Source: Verrucomicrobiota bacterium (GTDB lineage Bacteria; Verrucomicrobiota; Lentisphaeria; Lentisphaerales; Lentisphaeraceae). Taken from it: a stretch of DNA of 64,000 nucleotides. A model generated the notes under the pieces. The model did no database searches and was not told where the DNA came from. It saw only the letters and a program-made list of their open reading frames with translations. The position numbers and the translations under genes were made by a program. The stretch covers positions 1 through 64,000 of the forward strand of contig JBDKFG010000020.1 in the NCBI GenBank assembly GCA_039798785.1, given 5' to 3'. Shown piece by piece: positions 60,032 through 64,000 of the stretch (position 1 is its first letter; each line of letters opens with the position of its first letter).

Positions 60032-61318
60032 CTAGCTGAACAATCCGGTGGCCGGCTGGCCCTTGTCGGCGATCTGGAAGGGGCGGCCGTTGCCTGAGAC
60101 GATCACCTTGGTGTGGTCGATGCCGCAGGCATAAGCGAGGGTTGCGTTGAAATCGGTGACACCCATTGATTTGTCGACAACTTCACGTCCCTGCGGGTCG
60201 GTGGCGCCCCAGGCCTGGCCGCCCTTGACACCACCCCCGGCGAGGAGGCAGGAGAAAGCCTTGGGATAGTGGTCGCGTCCGGCACGGCCGCTGATTTCGG
60301 GGGTGCGGCCGAATTCGCTGGCGACGACGACGAGGGTGGAGTCGAGGAGGCCGCGGCTGCGGAGATCGGTGAGGAGTGTGCCGAGGGCCTGGTCGAGGAT
60401 TTCGCCGTTTTTCTCCATTCCTTCGGCAATGTCGTTGTGCATGTCCCAGCCGCCGAGGGAGACTTCGACAAAGCGGGTGCCTTTTTCAACCAGTCGGCGG
60501 GCGAGCAGGCAGCCTTTGCCGAAGGCGTGGGACCCGTAGGAGCTGCGTAGCTTGGCGTCTTCGCTCATGATGTCAAAGGCTTTGAGATCTTCCGATTTCA
60601 TCAGCCGCACGGCGTCTTCATAGGATTTCATCCGTGCGACGAGCTCGTCATCGGGGTGGCGCGCGAGGAAGTCCTTGTTCATCTCATCAAGCAGATGGAG
60701 TCGGTCCTGGAATCGATCTTCTGGGACATCTGCCTGGCGTTTCGAGTATTGCAAACCGGCGGCAGGGTCGTTGATTGGCAGGGCGGCGAATTCCTGGCCC
60801 ATCCAGCCGGCGCCGAGGCCTCGGCCGCCGTTGACACGCACATAGGGCGGAAGGGTGGGATTGAGGCGACCGGCGAGGCGTGTGAACCAGGCGCCGAAGT
60901 GGGGATGCTGCACGGTGCCGCGCATGGCATAGGAGCTGTGCATGATGTAGGTGCCCTGTTCGTGGGCACCTTGGGTAGTGTTGAGTGAGCGCACCGGGCA
61001 GAGGATGTCGGCATGCGCCGCGATGCGATTCAGATGGTGTCCGAATTGCAGGCCGGTCTTTTTGTCGGTAATGGTGCGGGTGGCCCCCATTTGCTCGGGC
61101 TTGTCGGGCTTCGGGTCGAAGGTGTCGAGGTGGGACATGCCGCCTCCCATCCACAGGTAGATGATCGATTTCGCCGGCTTGGCGCGGGCGGAGACCGGAC
61201 TTTGGACGGCATCGGCGGCGAATGCCGGATTGCCAGGCAAGCTGAGGCCGAGAAAACCGAAAGCTGCGGCGGTGACGAAGTCGCGGCGGCTGAGTTCATC
61301 GTGGCGGAAGGAATTCAT
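60032..61318 (-). CDS. DUF1501 family protein (Tat-like SRR signal)
   Basis: SRRDF, GGMSHLDTFDPKP, LLARRLVE.G, GGWD.H, EFGRTP, GRDH. Confidence 0.93.
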   Translation of the reverse strand: MNSFRHDELSRRDFVTAAAFGFLGLSLPGNPAFAADAVQSPVSARAKPAKSIIYLWMGGGMSHLDTFDPKPDKPEQMGATRTITDKKTGLQFGHHLNRIAAHADILCPVRSLNTTQGAHEQGTYIMHSSYAMRGTVQHPHFGAWFTRLAGRLNPTLPPYVRVNGGRGLGAGWMGQEFAALPINDPAAGLQYSKRQADVPEDRFQDRLHLLDEMNKDFLARHPDDELVARMKSYEDAVRLMKSEDLKAFDIMSEDAKLRSSYGSHAFGKGCLLARRLVEKGTRFVEVSLGGWDMHNDIAEGMEKNGEILDQALGTLLTDLRSRGLLDSTLVVVASEFGRTPEISGRAGRDHYPKAFSCLLAGGGVKGGQAWGATDPQGREVVDKSMGVTDFNATLAYACGIDHTKVIVSGNGRPFQIADKGQPATGLFS

Positions 61319-61340
61319 CAGGATTCTCCTTGTGGGGGCT

Positions 61341-63386
61341 TCAGCGGCGGAAAAGGAATTCGTTGGAGTTGATCAGGATCCAGATCAGATCCTCGGTTCC
61401 TTTGATCGAGTCTTCCTTCACTCTGGGCAGGAAGACGGCGGATTCTTTGCTGCTGGGGGCCCGGCAGAGGATGGCCTTGTAGGCCGTCTTGATGATTTCC
61501 TCGGGAGTTGAGAGAGCCTCCAGATCATCCATCAGGTGTGAGTTGCGGTTGCGGGTGATCAAGCGTTCGATTTCGCCGTTCATCAAGGAGAGAGCCTGAG
61601 GCACGGAGACTTCGAGGGAGGCGGCGTCGACATCCTCGCGCTCCGACTGGCCGAAGCGGGCGAGGAAATGATTGGCAGGGGCGGGTTGCGGCAGTTCGCT
61701 GGCGCGAAGCTGCAGATCGGCTTTGCCGTTGCGTTTTTTGTTTTTGCCGGCTTTCTTCTCGGCTTTCGCGGTCAATCCGCCTTCTTCTTTGGAGGCAAGC
61801 ATCGCCAGCTTGGCGTCCGGGTTTTGGGTGGGAGGCGCGTTTTTGTCGAGCCACGCTTTCAGCCCTGCGCTGTCGATTTCCTTGGCCAGGGCGAGCAATT
61901 CCATCGGGCTTTTGTTTTTGACCAAGGGGAAAATCCGCAGCTGCTCGCCGGTCTCCTTGTCGATCTGGGAGCTTCCCGCTTCGGGATCGGGCTGGGCGAG
62001 GGCGACAATCGAGTCCCAGGTCTGTTCGGGAGAGAGGCGGCGGAACAGGGGGCCTTGGAAGAGGTAGTGTTCATCGGATTTGCCGGTGTAGGCCTGGGCC
62101 TGCCATGCGCGGGTGGCATAGAGGACGCGGCGGAATTCCGCCATCCGGTAGCCGAGCACTTTCATGTCGCGCTCCAGCTCCTCCATCAAGCCAGGAACCG
62201 AGCCGAGATCGTTGAGCTCCATGTTGTCGAGAGGCTCGATCAGGCCACGTCCCATGACTCGCGCCCAGATGCGGTTGACGATGTTGCGAGTGAACATCGG
62301 GTTGTCGGGAGAGGCCACCCAAGAGGCGAAGGCGGGGCGCGACTCAAGTTGCCGCCCGGGGGCGAGTGGGCTGGCCTTTTTCTTGTTTTTCTGGGCGATT
62401 TTGGCGTCTTCCCGCTTCATCGCCTTGGCGATGTCGGCTTCCGAGAAGGGGAGGGGGATCTTGGCGCCGAAGGGAGTTTCGGCAAGTACGAGATCGCCGG
62501 GCTTGGCATCGTCATATTTGTAATCCTTGGGGAGGCGGATGGTGCCGGTGCCGCTGCCGGCGATGCCGTGGGTGCTGATGTCCTGGAGCCGGCGATAGAT
62601 CCCCTGGAGTTTCTTGTTCTCCTTGAATTCCGCTTCGATGGCGGCCCGGACCTCTTTGTTGTTGCCGGTCTGGCGGAGTTTCTCCTGGTATTGCAGGCCT
62701 CCGGTGAAGGCGGCGAGCTTGTAGAATTCCTGCTGAGTCCAGTCGTTGAAGGGATGATCGTGGCATTGAGCGCAGACCATGCTGGTGCCGAGGAAGACGC
62801 GCATCGAATTGGCCATGTTGTCGAGGGGCATGCCGCGGTCGCGGAGCAGATAGCCGGTGGCGCCGTTGCCGGGGGCGAGGGCATGGCCCTCAGAGGCGAG
62901 CATGGCAAGCGTCATCTCGTTCCAGGGCATGTCGCGAGACAGGGCGCCTTTCAGCCATTCCTGCCAGTTGCCGCTGGGGACATTTCCTTGAAGGCGCGAC
63001 TTGACCCTCAGTGTGTCGGCCCACAGGTTGAAGTCGTGGCTGGCCGCGGCTGGAGAGCGGATCAGTTGCCGGACCAGTTCGCCGCGTCGATGGCTGCGCC
63101 GGTCTTCTTCGAACGCCTCGATCTCCTTGAGCGTCGGGATCCGCCCGGCGATCTCGAGATAAGCGCGGCGGAGAAAACTGGCGTCGTCGACATCCGCCGG
63201 GGCGGCTAGTCCTTTCGCCTGCCATGCCGCGCCGAGGAGGGCGTCGATGCGCTTGGCCATGGCTTCTATGGCGATGTCGGGGAGGGGGGGCTTCTCTCCT
63301 TCCGCAGGCAGCAGGATCATCGGTTTTTCGGCGGCGGTGGCGATGCCTCCGAGGGACAGAAGCAGGCAAATCAGGTAGTGGCGCAT
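61341..63386 (-). CDS. DUF1549/DUF1553 (PSD1) protein with CxxCH motif
   Basis: FLRRAYL...GRIP, CAQCHDHPF, NRIWA..MGRG, W.L.NS.EF. Start reassigned to MRHYLIC. Confidence 0.92.
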   Translation of the reverse strand: MRHYLICLLLSLGGIATAAEKPMILLPAEGEKPPLPDIAIEAMAKRIDALLGAAWQAKGLAAPADVDDASFLRRAYLEIAGRIPTLKEIEAFEEDRRSHRRGELVRQLIRSPAAASHDFNLWADTLRVKSRLQGNVPSGNWQEWLKGALSRDMPWNEMTLAMLASEGHALAPGNGATGYLLRDRGMPLDNMANSMRVFLGTSMVCAQCHDHPFNDWTQQEFYKLAAFTGGLQYQEKLRQTGNNKEVRAAIEAEFKENKKLQGIYRRLQDISTHGIAGSGTGTIRLPKDYKYDDAKPGDLVLAETPFGAKIPLPFSEADIAKAMKREDAKIAQKNKKKASPLAPGRQLESRPAFASWVASPDNPMFTRNIVNRIWARVMGRGLIEPLDNMELNDLGSVPGLMEELERDMKVLGYRMAEFRRVLYATRAWQAQAYTGKSDEHYLFQGPLFRRLSPEQTWDSIVALAQPDPEAGSSQIDKETGEQLRIFPLVKNKSPMELLALAKEIDSAGLKAWLDKNAPPTQNPDAKLAMLASKEEGGLTAKAEKKAGKNKKRNGKADLQLRASELPQPAPANHFLARFGQSEREDVDAASLEVSVPQALSLMNGEIERLITRNRNSHLMDDLEALSTPEEIIKTAYKAILCRAPSSKESAVFLPRVKEDSIKGTEDLIWILINSNEFLFRR

Positions 63387-63511
63387 GAAGCTGGTCCTGG
63401 TTAAATCACGAGGGTGGAGACATGGAGCTAACGCCGAGACAGGCGTCTTCATTGTTCCCGGCCAGGACTTTAGTGGGAAAAATTCTTCTTGCTTGGGCCG
63501 CGCCGGCGCTT

Positions 63512-63985
63512 TCACGGAGCTTCGCTGAAGCAGATGAAGAGCAGCAGTGTCCCCGCGCGCGTCTTCAGCACGGACTCCTGCCCCGGACTCAGCTTCAACG
63601 GCGGCGGCGGTTCTCCTCGCCTCCAGCTCCGGGGCGGGCCGACCCGGAGCTCTCGGAATCCCGGATCGCTTTGCGATCCCGACAGCGAGCAGCTGACGGC
63701 GTTGAGGAGCTCGCCGATGCCGGAACTCAGCAGTTCATCGTCAAGCTCCACGCCAGGCAGGAGAGGTTCCAGCATCTTCGATGCGGTGGCGTGATCGCAG
63801 CCGAGGATGATCTGGCCGCTCAGCGTGGGAGTGTCGAACCGGATGCAGGCCATCAGGCTTTCGCGGAAGCTCGGCCAGGGCTGGGCGCGCGATACCTGAC
63901 GCTCGACCCGGGCGCCATCGCCGAACATCTCGTCGAGGCCCCGGCTCAGGCTGTCGAGGACAGCCTCGTACTGGGCTGCATCCAT
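63512..63985 (-). CDS. CheX-like protein
   Basis: Alpha/beta fold with 'GIGELLNAVS' E-x-x-N site; the start may lie beyond the window edge. Confidence 0.6.
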   Translation of the reverse strand: MDAAQYEAVLDSLSRGLDEMFGDGARVERQVSRAQPWPSFRESLMACIRFDTPTLSGQIILGCDHATASKMLEPLLPGVELDDELLSSGIGELLNAVSCSLSGSQSDPGFRELRVGPPRSWRRGEPPPPLKLSPGQESVLKTRAGTLLLFICFSEAP

Positions 63986-64000
63986 CAGCGGTGTCGCCGA

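Overview
A 64-kb, GC-rich chromosomal window from a probable PVC-superphylum bacterium. The evidence is DUF1501, DUF1549/1553, DUF1080 and short-leader prepilin-like DUF1559 genes; Lentisphaerota or Verrucomicrobiota is plausible but unproven. Housekeeping genes include metF, proA, dnaE, rplY, hisH/hisF/hisE, lysA, bamA, murF, mraY and msrAB. Motility genes comprise a sigma54-preceded flgF-G-A-H-I operon and a compositionally distinct chemosensory block (PAS hybrid kinase, MCP, 2x cheW, cheR, double-Hpt cheA, cheC, cheD, STAS, cheY; no cheB). There is also a WXG100-like triad next to a Ser/Thr kinase, a persulfide dioxygenase-rhodanese/SulP pair, and a GntR-controlled pilin-like/sialidase/epimerase/sugar-kinase locus. 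The most unusual signal is intergenic. Many spacers hold inverted arrays of 7-, 8- or 9-nt tandem repeats, some inside ~215-bp elements with terminal inverted repeats, and one pair brackets an AT-rich foreign ORF inserted between murF and mraY. The truncated gene at the left edge, missed by the ORF track, encodes an HUH (RAYT/IS200-like) transposase N-terminus that could mobilise these elements. No CRISPR array, tRNA or rRNA was seen. All calls come from reading motifs by eye; no database searches were run.
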